A DNA stretch of 64,000 nucleotides. Origin: the human T2T-CHM13v2.0 reference genome, Homo sapiens. The stretch lies in the NCBI RefSeq assembly GCF_009914755.1, contig NC_060943.1. One strand, given 5' to 3'. Below are positions 17,158 through 34,460 of this stretch, in pieces. Numbering within the stretch: the first letter of the stretch is position 1; each line of letters starts with the position of its first letter. Both the position numbers and the translations under genes were made by a program. The notes under the pieces are model-generated. The model did not search any database. It worked only from the letters and a program-made list of their open reading frames with translations, and had not been told where the DNA came from.

Positions 17158-18039
17158 CTAACTCAGTTCTGGCTGAGTTTCAAACCCATCGTTTAAACCC
17201 TCCAGTGTGTAGATCTGTTCCTAACTTGTCTCCCTCCCAGGCCTCCCTATCTCCAGTTTTTTTCTCATCCTTCCAGAATCTGCCTCCATGGCCCAGCTTT
17301 GTCTGCTCAGGTGCCCTCTCTGAGAGCAGTCAGGGGCTCAGTGCTGCGTTTGGAGCCTCCGGTCTCCAGGCGCCTTCCCAGAATCGACTTCCTTCCCTCC
17401 TCCTGACCCCCTCTGCTGTAACTAGGCCTGAGTACACACTGTTCCTTGAACACTCTTCTGTTGTCCTGCCTCCACGCATTGCTCAAGCCGTTCCCACTGC
17501 CCAGCATACCCGTGCTTCCTTCTCCCTTAATTTTGAAATCCTCTCTGACCGTAAAGGCTCAGCTTCCTTTCTCCCTTTCCTCCTTCCTTCCTTCTCACCA
17601 TCCTGTCCTTTTTTTAAAATTGTGTTCTCTTTCTTTTTCTTTTTTTGGTAGGGATGGGGTCTTGCTATCTTGCCCAGGCTGGTCTTGAACTCCTGGGCTC
17701 AAGTGATCCTCCTGCCTCAGCCTCCCAAAGTGCTGGGATTACAGGTGTGCTATCCTATTCTTCTAATGAGACAAAAATCACTCCCTAAGCCCCTACCATG
17801 TATTTGGTCCTATGTTAGCTTTGCTGGGGAAACAGCAGTGACCAAGACACTCATGGAGCTCCCAGGCCCATGAAAGAGACAGACCAATCAGCCGACAGTC
17901 ACAGTTCAGAGTGGTCAGGAGGATGTGTGAGCCCAGAAGGAGGTCACTGGCCAGACACAGGGTATCAGAGAGGGCTTCCTGGAGGAAGGGGCATATAAGC
18001 TGAGACCATTGTGAAAAAAATCCGAGAAAGCCCAGATAA

Positions 18040-18400
<361 letters not shown>

Positions 18401-18547
18401 TGATTAAGGGGCCAGGTGTGGTGGCTTATGCCTATAATCCCAGCACTTTGGGAGGCTGAGGTGGGAGGATTGCCTGAGCCCAGAAATTTGAGACCACCCT
18501 GGGCAACACAGTGAGACCTCATCTCTACTAAAAGGAAAAAAGAACTA

Positions 18548-18706
<159 letters not shown>

Positions 18707-19635
18707 TTACTATTAAAAAAATCCCAACTAACATTCTTCAGTCCAAGCATCAAAGAATGTTTCTGGAGCGTCTGTCGTGTGCCAGGCCATGTGCTGGGGA
18801 CATAATCATAACCATGACAACCCCAGTCTCTGCCATCATGAGCTTGTAGTCCAGCAAGTGTGTAGGGGATAAGCCCCAAGGCACTGGGATCCAACCAGAG
18901 CTAGAACCCCAGCGCTGTGTGGGGTGATGTTAGGTAAGTGGCTTCACCTCTCAGACCCTCTGTTTCCTCCTTTGTAACACCGAGACGATAATCTCCCTGG
19001 GGTTGTGTTTTTAGAAATTAAGTAGGTTGTGGCACACTGAGTCTTTGTCATTGTGTCTGGAATGTTCCAGGTACTTAGTAAACAGGAACCTTTATTAATC
19101 ATCTCTTCCCCAGGGCCGGCAGCTGGATTGGGGAGGGACTAGCCCTTCCCGAACCCTGACTCCCTCTTAACCTTCCCACTGTCAAAGAGATGTCTGTGAG
19201 GTAGCTGGGCTCTGAGGGGGCGGGAGAGATGAACACGTCCCTGATCCTGGGGTAGGAGAGGGATGAGCCATACAGTTTCCTTCTCTGGAGGTGACCCACT
19301 CTTCCAGTACTTGCTAAGGGACTTGACATGCTTGTGGGGTGCAGAATGTATTCCTGTGTGTGTATGTGTTCATGAATCAGACACTAACCCTGTCTCAAAA
19401 AGCTCATAGTTTAGTCGGCATGATACAACGAAAACCCTGTTTTCTATTTGCTTCTCTGGTTTTCTTTCTTTCTTTCTTATTTTTTTGAGTCAGGGTCTCA
19501 CTGGGTCACCCAGTCTGGAGTGCAGTGGCACAATCACTGCTCACTGCAGCCTCACCCTCCAGGGCTCAAGTGATCCTCCCACCTTAGCCTCCTGAGTAGC
19601 TGGGACTACAGGTGCACACCACCACGCCTAGCTGA

Positions 19636-19858
<223 letters not shown>

Positions 19859-20524
19859 TAGCCAGGATGGTCTCAATCTCCTGACCTCATGATCCGCCTG
19901 CCTCAGCCTCCCAAAGTGCTGGGATTACAGGCATGAGCCACTGCGCCCGGCCTAATTTTTAAACATTTTGTAGAGATGGGGTCTTGCTATATTGCCCAGG
20001 CTGGCCTCAATCTCCTGGGCTCAGTGGTCCTCCCACCTTGGTTTCCCAGTGTTGAGATTACAGGCGTAAGCCATCGTACCCGCTGCTTTTGTGGTTTCCT
20101 TTGTTCTCTCTCTCTTTGTCTACTTCTGTTCATCTTTTTCTTTTCATCATTACTTTGTATCTCTCTCTTTTAGTCTTCCTATATTTGTTTTGTTTTTTTT
20201 TTGTTTTTGAGACAGTCTTGCTCTGTCGCCCAGGCTGGAGTGCAGTGGCGTGTTCTTGGCTCACCGCAACCTCTGCCTCTCGGGTTCAAACGACTCTCAT
20301 GCCTCAGCCTCCTGAGTAGCTGGGACTACAGGTGTGTATCACCACGCCCGGCTAATTTTTGTATTTTTAGTAGAGGTGGGGTTTCACCATGTTGGCCAGG
20401 CTGGTCTCAAACTCCTGACCTCAGGTGATCTGCCCACCTCACCCTCCCGAAATGCTGGGATTACAGGTGAGAGCCACCACACCCGGCCTATTTCTTTATC
20501 TTTTAGCAATTCTATACCTGTCTC

Positions 20525-21159
<635 letters not shown>

Positions 21160-22031
21160 CTATGTGGTGAACAGCTGTCATGACTGCCACGGTCTCTGTC
21201 GCTGTCTCTGTCTCTCTGTCATCACTATGTCATCTGCCTCTCTGTTTCTGTCTCTCTCTGTGGTCCATCTCCATCCATCAACTCCTGCCTCTATAATTTT
21301 CCCCAAAAGGTCTGACCTGGTTTAGGGACAGAGATGGGGCTTCCAATATTTGACACTGGTCCCTACATAATGGCTTATGCCTGAAACCCCAACACTTTGG
21401 GAGACTGAGGCAGGTGGACTGCTTGAGGTCAGGAGCTCAAGACCAGCTTGGGCAACATGGTGAAACCCCATCTCTACTAAAAATACAAAAATTAGCCAGA
21501 CATGGTGGCATGCACCTGTAGTCCCAGCTACTCGGAGGGTGAGGCAGGAGGATCACTTGAACCTCGGAGGCAGAGGTTGCAGTGAGCCAAGATCATACCA
21601 CTGCACTCTGGACTAGGTGACAGAGACCCTGTCTCAATTAAAAAAAAAAAAAAAAGAAGATTTGGAACTGTGTATGTGCAGTGGAAGATGTAAGGGTTGT
21701 TTGTTAAACCACAACAAAACCTAGCCTGTCCTTACTCATAAGATCCTTACTCATAAGAGAAGGACAGAGAGACATAGATACAAAGAAAGTGATGACAGAG
21801 GGGAGAAATGGGCAAAGAATTTCCCCTATCTTGCTGAGGGCTTTGGGCGATCATGTGATTGCCGAACTAAGTGGGGCTCACTCACCCCAACAAGCCTGGG
21901 AACAGTGATCCCAGGAAGCCCCTGGCCCTGGAAAGACTGCAGGTCCCCTTTCGTTCCCTCTCATGGCAGCACCTCTAGCCCCTGCCTTCCCTGGCCTTGG
22001 CCCTGACCCCACCCTGCTCTGCTCCCTACAG

Positions 22032-22131
22032 AGCAAACCCTGGAAGAAGCTGAAGACAGTTCTGAAGTATTCACCCTTTGTGGTCTCCTTCCGAAAACAC
22101 TACCCTTGGGTCCAGCTTTCTGGACATGCTG
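22032..22131 (+). CDS. ITPKC: ITPKC exon 2 [33 protein letters not shown]
   Basis: 100 nt; IP3K PWVQLxGH motif and CaM-binding W region. Confidence 0.97.
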
Positions 22132-22826
22132 GTAAGTGGGGTGGTGGTGGACAGAGCTGGGCAGAGTCTCCTGGGCCAGGGAAAGGGATGTTCTCTGTAG
22201 TTTAGTTCCCCCACCTAGTGATGGGCTTGGTGACAGTCCCCACCTTATGGGACTGTTATGGGCAGTGCTTAGGCCTGGGCCTGGCCCTTCGTATGTCAGG
22301 GCAGAGGGCTATTCCTTGTTATTCTGGTGGAGAGAGGGAGCTTCAGACGGACCTGAGCTCAAACCCTAGTTCTGCTCTGTATTCATGGGTGACCTTGGGC
22401 AAGTTACTTTCCTTTACTGGGCCTCAGCTGCCCCATCTGTTAATGTGGAGATAACCTTACCTCCCTTGCAGGATTAACCGAAGAGTTAAAATCAAAATGT
22501 ATATAAAGATTGAGGCCAGGCACGGTGGCTTACATCTGTAATCCTAGCACTTTGGCAGGCCAAAACAGGAGGATCGCTTGAGCCCAGGAGTTTAAGACCA
22601 ACCTAGGCAATATAGTGAGACCCCGTTTCAATTAAAAAAAAAAAAAGATTGGCTGGGCGCAGTGGCTCATGCCTGTAATCCCAGGCCTTTGGGAGGCCGA
22701 GGTGGGTGGATCCCCTGAGGTCAGGAGTTTAAGACCAGCCTGGCCAATGTGGTGAAATCCCTTCTCTACTAAAAATAAAAAAATTAGCCAGGCATGGTGG
22801 CGGGTGCCTGTAATCCCAGCTACTCA

Positions 22827-22931
<105 letters not shown>

Positions 22932-23109
22932 TCAAAAAAAAAAAAGACTGAGGCACAGGACTCTTATGAATGGAAATGATCACTCCTTGCCTTCTCCGCG
23001 TGTTCAGAGCATAGCAGGCCTTCAGTAAGTAGCAGCTGTAACATTTTGCCCCCAGGACCTTGCAAATGCCTGCAGCACAGAGTAGCACAATGGTGGCATA
23101 TAGTGCTCT

Positions 23110-23282
23110 TTTGAAAGGCTAGGCCATAAATATCTTAGGTTTTGTGGGCCTATGGTCTCTGTCGCAACTACTCAGCTCTGCTGTTACAGCAGGAAAGCTG
23201 CCATAGACACTATGTAAACATATGAGTGTGTCTGTATTCCAATAAAACTTTATTTGCAAAAACCAGCAGCAGGCTGGACTAG
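23110..23282 (+). mobile_element. MER58A-like hAT MITE
   Basis: GGTCTCTGTCGCAACTACTCAGCTCTGC…CCAATAAAACTTTATTT. Confidence 0.75.
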
Positions 23283-23838
23283 AAAAGTGTGCCCATTGGC
23301 AAATGGCGACAGTAAGAGAATTTGTCTGCCTTGTTTGTCTTTAGATCTGACCTGGAAATAAGGCAAGACCCCCTAAAACTGTGTCAACACAAGTTTGCCA
23401 TCTATATGTGTTCTGGTTACTATTGCTGAGTTTATTAAAAAAACAAAACTCAGCAGAGCACAGCGGCTCATGGCTGTAGTTCTAGCACTTTGGGAGGCTG
23501 AGGTGGGAGGATCACTTGAGCCCAGGAGTTTGAGACCAGCCTGGGTGACATAGTGAGACCTTGTCTCTACGAAAAATAAAGAAATTAACTGGGCATGGTG
23601 GCATGCACCTGTGGTCCCAGGTACTTGGGAGCTGAGGGTGGGAAGATCACTTGAGTCCAGGAGGTCTGGGATGCAGTGAGCCTTGATCGCACCACAGTAC
23701 TCTAGCCTAGATGACCGAGTGAGACCCTGTCTCAAAAATAAATACGCCAGGGGCGGTGGCTCACGCCTGTAATCCCAGCACTTTGGGAGGCCAAGGCAGG
23801 CGGATCACGAGGTCAGGAGATCGAGACCATCCTGGCTA

Positions 23839-24500
<662 letters not shown>

Positions 24501-25214
24501 TATTTTTTATTTATTCATTTAATTTTGAGATAGGATCTCACTGTTGCCCAGGCGGGAGTGCAGTGGTGCAGTCATAGCTCATTGCAGCCTTGAACTCCTG
24601 GCCTTAAAGGATCCTCCTGCCTCAACCTCCCAGAGTGTTGGGATTATAGGCATGAGCCACTGCACCCAGCTTGGGAGAGCAATTAAGAGTATACTCCTTG
24701 ATGGGAAAATTCTATAAGAGCAGGATCAGGAATGGGTCTGAGACCCACTGTGATCAGGAGATACTGTTGTAGCCAACTTTGGAAAATGTAATCCAGGCTG
24801 GACATAATCACAGCACTTTGGGAGGCTGAGATGGGAGGATCATTTGAGGCCAGGAGTTCGAGACCAGCCTGGGCATCATAGCAACACTACCCCAACCCGA
24901 CATTACACATTTTTTTTTTTTAGATTAGCTGGGAGTGGTGGGGGTGCACACCTGTAGTCCTAGCTACTCTGGTGGTTGAGGTGGGAGGATCACCTGAATC
25001 TAGGAGCTTGAGGCTGCAGTGAGCTATGATTATACCACTCAATTTCAGCCTGGGTGACAGAGTGAGATCCTCTCAAATAAAAAAAGAAAAAGAAAATATA
25101 ATCTGAAAATACAGCTGGCCACTAGAAGAAATTAGAATTATTATAATCTATACACTCTGCGTGGTCCAGGAAATGCTTGATCTATAAATTAACTTAAATA
25201 GGCCCTGGTTGTTA

Positions 25215-25875
<661 letters not shown>

Positions 25876-25893
25876 TTATTCTACCACCTTTAG

Positions 25894-26107
25894 GGAACTT
25901 CCAGGCAGGAGAGGATGGTCGGATTCTGAAACGTTTCTGTCAGTGTGAGCAGCGCAGCCTGGAGCAGCTGATGAAAGACCCGCTGCGACCTTTCGTGCCT
26001 GCCTACTATGGCATGGTGCTGCAGGATGGCCAGACCTTCAACCAGATGGAAGACCTCCTGGCTGACTTTGAGGGCCCCTCCATTATGGACTGCAAGATGG
26101 GCAGCAG
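25894..26107 (+). CDS. ITPKC: ITPKC exon 3 (...[10 protein letters not shown])
   Basis: 214 nt; PxxxDxKxG IPK signature. Confidence 0.97.
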
Positions 26108-26159
26108 GTGGGGCTGGGGCAGCCCTGGGGCAGGGATGGAGGGCAGGGGGTGGGCATTA

Positions 26160-26309
<150 letters not shown>

Positions 26310-26348
26310 TTAGCCAGGCGTGGTGGTGCATGCCTGTAATCCCAGCTA

Positions 26349-26504
<156 letters not shown>

Positions 26505-26737
26505 TCAAAGTGGTTGTACCAGTGTACCTTCCCACCACCATGTATGAGTGTTACAGTCGTCCCAGATTCTCACCGGTGCTTGGTACTGTCTGTTTTATTA
26601 ACTTAAACCATTCCGATGGGTTTGGAATAGGATCCCTTTTTTTCCTCTTTGAGACAGAGTCTTACTCTATCGCCCAGGCTGGAGTGCAGTGGCACGATCT
26701 CGGCTCACTGCAATCTCCACCTCCTGGGTTTAAGTGA

Positions 26738-26923
<186 letters not shown>

Positions 26924-27447
26924 TAGTCTGCAAGAAGTGAACTCTAATTGCTTTCTCCAGCTGGGTTCAGTGGCTCTCACCTATAATCCCAACACTCTGG
27001 GAGGCTGTATACACACACACACACAGACACACACACACAGACACACACATAGTCTTCAACTCTCCCATTTCATTCTTTTAGTAGTCTTTTGATAAACATA
27101 TTTTTATAAACAAAATAGTATTTGTATTATTACTCTTTTTTGAGACAGAGTCTCATTCTGTTGCCCCGACTGAAGTGAAGGAGCATGATTATAGCTCACA
27201 GTAGCCTTGAACTCCTGGGCTCAGGCGGTCCTTTCACCTTAGCCTCCAGAGTAGCTGGGACTATAGGTATGTCCCACCAGGCTTGGCTATATTTTATTTT
27301 TTATAGAGACATGGTCTCCCTGTACTGCCCAGGCTGGTCTTGAACCCCTGAGCTCAAGTGATCCTCCTTCTTCTGCCCCCTGAGTAGCTGGGACTGTAGG
27401 TGCATACTATCACACCTAGCTAATTTTCAATTTTTTGTAGAGACAGG

Positions 27448-29312
27448 CTATTTAGGAAAAGCTCTGAATCCATGCTTTTCCGTTCTCACACCACTGCCAC
27501 AACAATGAGAGCACAGAAGACTTCTGTGACCAAATGTTTAGGTTTTTTAACCCCACACACCAAGCAACGGACACCAGCTGGATGTCCTCCAATTCAAGTC
27601 TAAAACCATCTACCTGGAAATAGTGTCAGATCCCACAGGTTGGGGACTCAGTCCCCAAGACTGCCCCCCAGTTACAGACACCAGTCATAAGTTCAGGCCT
27701 TCGAAACTTCTGACTGATTGGCTCCAAGTTGGAGTTCCCATGTCCTCCTCTTTGGGTTCAAATAATTTGCTGGAGTGGCTCAAATAACTCAGGGGGATAC
27801 TTACTTACCTTTACTGGTTTAATATAAAGCAGGGGTCCCCAACCCCTGGGCCGCAGACCAGTACCGGTCCATGGCCTCTTAGGAACGGGGCCCCACCGTA
27901 GGAGGCCAGCGAGCATTACCGCTTGAACTCCACCTCCTGTCAGACTAGCGGGCAGGAGATTCTCTGGAGGGCGAACCCTATTGTGAACTGTGCCTGCAAG
28001 GGATCTAGATTGTATGCTCCTATGAGAATCTAATTGATACTTGATGACCTGAGGTAGAAGAGTTTCATCCAGAAACCATCCCCCTCACAGTCTGTGGGAA
28101 AAATTATCTTCTACAAAACCAGTCCCTGGTTGGGTACTGCTACAAAGGATACTGCAAAAGATGAAGAGAAGTGTAGGGCAAGGTATGGGGGAAGGGGTAC
28201 GGAGCTTCCATGCCCTCCCTGGGCGCACCACGCTCCAGGAACCTCCACAGGGTCAGCTATCTGGAAGCTCCTGAGCCCAATCCTTGGTTTTTTTTTTTTT
28301 TTTTTTTTTTTTGAGAGGGAGTCTTGCTCTGTGTCCCAGGCTGGAATGCAGTGGCCTGATCCGCCCGCCTTGGCCTCCCAAAGTGCTGGGATTAGAGATG
28401 TGAGCCACCATGCCCAGCCTAATCCTTGGGTTTTTATGGAGGCTTTAAGACACCAGCATTCCTTCCCCCAGAGTATAGGGTGGGATCCTCTCTGGGGAGG
28501 GTCCTAAGACCCACAGTCAGGAAGGTGGGGAAAGATTAGAGTCCTGCCTTGGGGCAGGTGAAAGGAGGGCAGGAGGAGGTCAGAGATTTTGGTTTCTTGA
28601 GCCAGCTTCTGAGATCTAACACACCTAAAATTATAACAAAAGATTGTGGCTGGGCGCAGTGGCTCATGCCTGTAATCCCAGCACTTTGGGAGGCCAAGGC
28701 AGGCAGATCACTTGAGGCCAGTTCAAGACAAGCCTGGGCAACATGGTGAAACTCTGACTCTACTAAAAAAATACAAAAATGTGCCAGGTGTGGTGGTATA
28801 CTCTTGTAATTCCAGCTACTCAGGAGGCTGAGGTGGGAGGATCACTTGAACCCGGGAGGTCCTAGAAGTTGCAGTGAGCCAAGATCACGCCACTGTACTC
28901 CAGCCTTGGTGACAGAGCAAGACTCCATCTCAAAAAAAAAAAAAAAAAAAGGCTGGGCGTAGTGGCTCACACTTGTAAATGGGAGGCAGAGGCAGGCCGA
29001 TCACGAGGTCAGGAGTTCGAGACCAGCCTGGCCAACATCGTGAAACCCCATCTCTACTAAAAATACAAAAAATTATCCGGGTGTGGTGGCGGGCACCTGT
29101 AATCCCAGCTACTCAGGAGGCTGAGGCAGGAGAATCGCTTGAATCCGCGAGGCAGAGGTTGCAGTGACCCGAGATCACCACCATTCCATTGCACTCTAGC
29201 TCGGGCGGGCGTCAAAAAAAAAAAAAAAAAAAAAAAAAAGATTGTAACAAGGGCTATGAGAGTTACCAGCCAGGAACCATAGAGGGAAACCAATATACAT
29301 TGTAACTAACAC
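27448..29312. mobile_element. MER21-type ERV LTR, interrupted by MER1B and Alus
   Basis: GGACACCAGCTGGATGTCCTCCAATTCA…TCAGATCCCACAGGTTGGGGACTCAGTCCC. Confidence 0.7.
27830..28142 (+). mobile_element. MER1B hAT MITE
   Basis: CAGGGGTCCCCAACCCC…CCAGTCCCTGGT…; degenerate 8-bp TSD ATATAAAG/CTACAAAG. Confidence 0.8.
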
Positions 29313-29851
29313 CGGGTCTCGCTATGTTGCCGAGGCTGATCTTGACTTTCTGGGCTCAAGTGAACCTCCTGCCTTGGCCTCCCAAAGTGTTGGGGTTACA
29401 GATGTGAACACTGCACCTGGCCCTACCTTTAATTTAGTCCAGTTTGTCAGTTTTTTTCATTGTGTTTAAGAAATCTTTTCCTACTCCAAGATCATGCAAA
29501 TATTATGTTTTCTTCTACAAGCTTTATTGTTTTAGCTTTCATATTTAGACCTACATTCCAGATAGAATTAATGTTTCTGTGTGTGGGAGGTAGGGATCAG
29601 GTTCATTTTTTTCCATATGGATTGTTGACCCAGCACTGTTTATTGAAAAGACTTCCCTTTCCCCACTGAATTGCAGTGCCTAGTCATAACTGCACAACTC
29701 TACGTGTGTGTCTTTGTGGACTCTGTTGTATTCTGTGCATTGATTTGCCCATTCTTGTGCCACACTGTGGCTTTATGTCTTAATATCAGGAAGGGTAAGC
29801 CCTCCAGTTTGTTCTACATAATTTCCTTTGTCACATCCTCTGTGTGCTCAG

Positions 29852-30056
29852 GACCTATCTGGAAGAGGAGCTAGTGAAGGCACGGGAACGTCCCCGTCCC
29901 CGGAAGGACATGTATGAGAAGATGGTGGCTGTGGACCCTGGGGCCCCTACCCCTGAGGAGCATGCCCAGGGTGCAGTCACCAAGCCCCGCTACATGCAGT
30001 GGAGGGAAACCATGAGCTCCACCTCTACCCTGGGCTTCCGGATCGAGGGCATCAAG
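29852..30056 (+). CDS. ITPKC: ITPKC exon 4 (RTYLEEEL...LGFRIEGIK)
   Basis: 205 nt; IP-binding lobe. Confidence 0.97.
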
Positions 30057-30393
30057 GTGAGGACCAGGAACCGCCTGGCCTGTCCCGGGAAGGCCTATAG
30101 CCAGATCCCAGGCAGGGCTTCTTGGGGAAAGCCACGAGAGAGTGCAGGAGACGGCGTGGGATGAAAGGCTGGGGCTGGGGAAGCCCAGCCTCTTTCTTAC
30201 CTCCATACCCATCAGAGCCCAGGTTCTGTTTATCCGTCTGCCTGAGCATCTCCTGAGTCCATCTTTTCCTCCTCTCCTTCTCCATGGTCATGTCCTAGTC
30301 CAGCCCCATCTTCTCCTGCCTCTGTCTCCCTGGGCATCCTGGCCCTGGTCTCCCTGCAGCACAAGAGCTGGAGGGATCCCTTTCCCCCAGCTA

Positions 30394-30609
<216 letters not shown>

Positions 30610-31758
30610 CTAGTCACACAGTTCAAAAGTCAAAATAATATTATAAAAGGGTAAATGTGGAGAAATTTCTCTCCCAACTCTGCTGCTGTCCTTCCCATTC
30701 TGTCCCTCTATCCCTCTACCTGCTCATGGGGAACCACTTTGTCAGTTTCTTGTATTTCTTCCTGTTAGTGCCAGTAAATGGAGTTGTAGATCCGAAATGT
30801 TCCTCAGTACGCATACTGATTGGTACTTTGCTATTTTCACTTAATAGTAACACCCTGCAGAGTTTTCCACATCATTCCATAGAAAGCTTCCTCTTTCTGT
30901 TTTTTTTTCCCCCACAGCTATGTAACACTGTTTTTGTGACTGTGCCTGGTCCCCTATAGACAGACACCTGGGTTGTTTCCATTTTTTGCCATTAGCAGGC
31001 CTCAAAGAATCACTTTGTATATAAGACATTTTGCAAGTATGCAGATTGAGCTGTAGATTTCCAGAAGCAGGACTCCTGGGTCAAAGCTTAAAGGCATGGG
31101 AAATTTGCGAGAGATGACCAAACTTCCACTCTCGGTGTTATGCCACTGCACATCCCACCAGCAATGTATGAGAATGCCTGTTGCAGATCCGACCATGCCA
31201 TTCTCCTGTTCGAAACCCTTCTGTGGCTCCCTAGTACCTTGAAGTGAAGTTCCATAGCCTGTAGGGCCCTCTAGGATCTAGCCTCTTCTCTCTCATTCTT
31301 CTCTTTTCTTTTTTTTTTGAGAAAGAGTCTCGCTCTGTCACCCAGGCTAGAGTGCCATGGCACAGTCTCAACTAATTGCAACCTCCACCTCTTGGGTTCA
31401 AGCGATTCTCCCACCTCAGCTTCCTGACTTGACGTGATTACTGGCACGCACTACCATGCCTGGCTAATTGTTGTTTTTTTTTTTTTTTTTGAGACAGAGT
31501 CTCGCTCTGTTGCCCAGGCTAGAGTGCAGTAGTACAGTCTTAGCTCACTGCAAACCTCTGCCTCCCGGGTTCAAGCGATTCTTCTGCCTCAGCCTCCCAA
31601 GTAGCTGGGATTACAGGTGTGCACCACCGCTCCTGGCTAATTTTTGTATTTTTAGTAGAGACAGGGTTTCACCATATTGACCAGGCTGGTCCTGAACTCC
31701 TGACCTTGTGATCCACCCGCCTTGGCCTCACAAAGTGCTGGGATGATTACAGGCGTGA

Positions 31759-31950
<192 letters not shown>

Positions 31951-33148
31951 TGAAGCACTTGCATTTACTTGAAATAGGCTTGCTTTTTCCTGCCACAAGG
32001 CCTCTGCACCCCTCTGCCAGGAATGCTCTTCTATTTTTTTTTTTTTTGAGACAGGGTCTCACTCTGTCATCCCCCAGGCTGGAGTACAGTGGCGCGATCA
32101 CAGCTCACTGCAGCCTCAATCTCCTAAACTCAAGTGATCCCCCCACCTCAGTCTTTTGAGTAGCTGGGACACAGGTGCGTGCCACCACACCCTGGTCTCT
32201 TCCGTCTGTGCCCCCTGGTCTGGTTGATTCTCAGTCATTTTTCTGTCTCCTTTCAAATTTTGCTTCCTCAGGGAAGCCCTCCCTGATTTCTGTTCTACTG
32301 ATCAGGGTCCCCTCTTCACCTCCTCATAGCTCCTTATACTCTTTCATTATTCTTATCTTCCTTTCTGATCATCTTAATCAGTGTCTGCCCCCTCATCTGA
32401 CTGTGTCTGTCGTGTTACTCCCTATTGCCAAGTGCCCACATAGCACCTGGCACAGTGTGGCAGATGACTTAGGTGGGTTCTCTGAGCCCTACTGAAACAT
32501 AACAGATAACATTAGTCTCATTAGTCTCAAATAACTATATGCCAGGCACTGTGCTGTGCATCCTACACACCTGGTTTCCTCTAATCCTTACACCAGCCTT
32601 AGCAAGTAGACACCAACACAATTCCCGTTTTCCAGATGAGGAAACTGAGGCTGAGGCAGCTGAAATGACTTAAGACTGCCCAGCTAGAAAAGAGCAGAGA
32701 TGGCCAGGTGCAGTGGCTCACGCCAGTAATCCTAGCACTTTGGGAGGCCAAGGCGGGCGGAGCATGAGGTCAGGAGATCGAGACCATCCTGGCTAACATG
32801 GTGAAACCCCGTTGCTACTAAAAATACAAAAAATTAGCCAGGCGTGGTGGCGGGAGCCTGTAGTCCCAGCTATCAGGAGGCTGAGGCAGGAGAATGGCAT
32901 GAACCCAGGGGGCGGAGCTTGCAGTGAGCCCAGGTTGCACCACTGCACTCCAGCCTGGGTGACAGAGTGAGACTCTGTCAAAAAAAAAAAGAAAAGAGCA
33001 GAGTCACGATTCACAGCCAGCTCCACCCTGCTCCAAAGCCCACTTTCCTAGATGGGTTCAACCAGGAGGTTCAAGGTTGGAAGGGTGTGGAAGGACTGGG
33101 GCTCAGGCATGTGACCTGGGGCTGGGTTGAGCTGGGCTGGGCAGGTAA

Positions 33149-33415
<267 letters not shown>

Positions 33416-33676
33416 TGAACTCCTGACCTCAAGTGATCCTCCCGCCTCGGCCTCCCAAAGCACTGGGATTATAGGCATGATCCCACACCTGGGACCACAG
33501 GTGCATACTACCACACCAGAATTTTTTTTTTTTTAAATAGAGATGGGGTCTTGCTGTGTTGCCCAGGCTGGTCTTGGCCACCGCGCCCGGCCTCCTGGGA
33601 GGTATTTGAGGTTGCTGGGTATTGGGTGCGGGAAGGAAAAGCCCATGACCCTGCCCCTCCACACCCTGCCCTACAG

Positions 33677-33778
33677 AAGGCAGATGGGACCTGTAACACC
33701 AACTTCAAGAAGACGCAGGCACTGGAGCAGGTGACAAAAGTGCTGGAGGACTTCGTGGATGGAGACCACGTCATCCTG
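33677..33778 (+). CDS. ITPKC: ITPKC exon 5 [12 protein letters not shown]...HVIL
   Basis: 102 nt; ctacag| and |gtgagt. Confidence 0.96.
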
Positions 33779-34388
33779 GTGAGTGGGACACCCATGTCCC
33801 AGAATGTAGCAGCTTAAGACAGCCACCATTTATTCTTGCTCCAGAGTCAGTGGTCTTCTGCTTTGGGTGGGGCTGGACTGATACTGGCTGGCTTTGCTCA
33901 GTCTGAGGTCAGCTGGTGGCTTGGCAAGGCTGGCTGGTCCAGGGGGCCCTGCTCCCAGCTCTGCCGGTTGGCTCATGACTTGGCCGCACGTCTCTCGATA
34001 GCAGGATGGCCTGGGCTTGCTCTCACAGTGGAGGCAGGGGGCCAAGAGAACAAGTAAAAATGCAAGGCCTCTTGATGCCTGGGCTCAGAATGGCCACCAT
34101 CATTTCTGCCGTTCGGCAAGTCATGTGACCCAGCCTGGATCGAGGGGTCTGGAGACAGACTCCGCCTCCGGATGGGAGTGGAAATTCATGGAATCCACCA
34201 CTCTTCTCCATGCCACCTTGATGAATCCAAGCCCTCACTCCTCTGCCCTGTCTTCCCCATGGCTCCCCTATTCCATCCTGGCTAGAGCCTGCCTGCTCCT
34301 TTGGGGGAATGGGGTGAGGTCAGAGCTCAAGGTGGGCAAGGCCCCACAAAGTCCCCATGCTAACCAAAGAACGCTCCCTGTCACACAG

Positions 34389-34460
34389 CAAAAGTACGTG
34401 GCATGCCTAGAAGAACTTCGTGAAGCTCTGGAGATCTCCCCCTTCTTCAAGACCCACGAG
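34389..34460 (+). CDS. ITPKC: ITPKC exon 6 QKYVACLEELREALEISPFFKTHE
   Basis: 72 nt; cacag| and |gtgcga. Confidence 0.96.
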
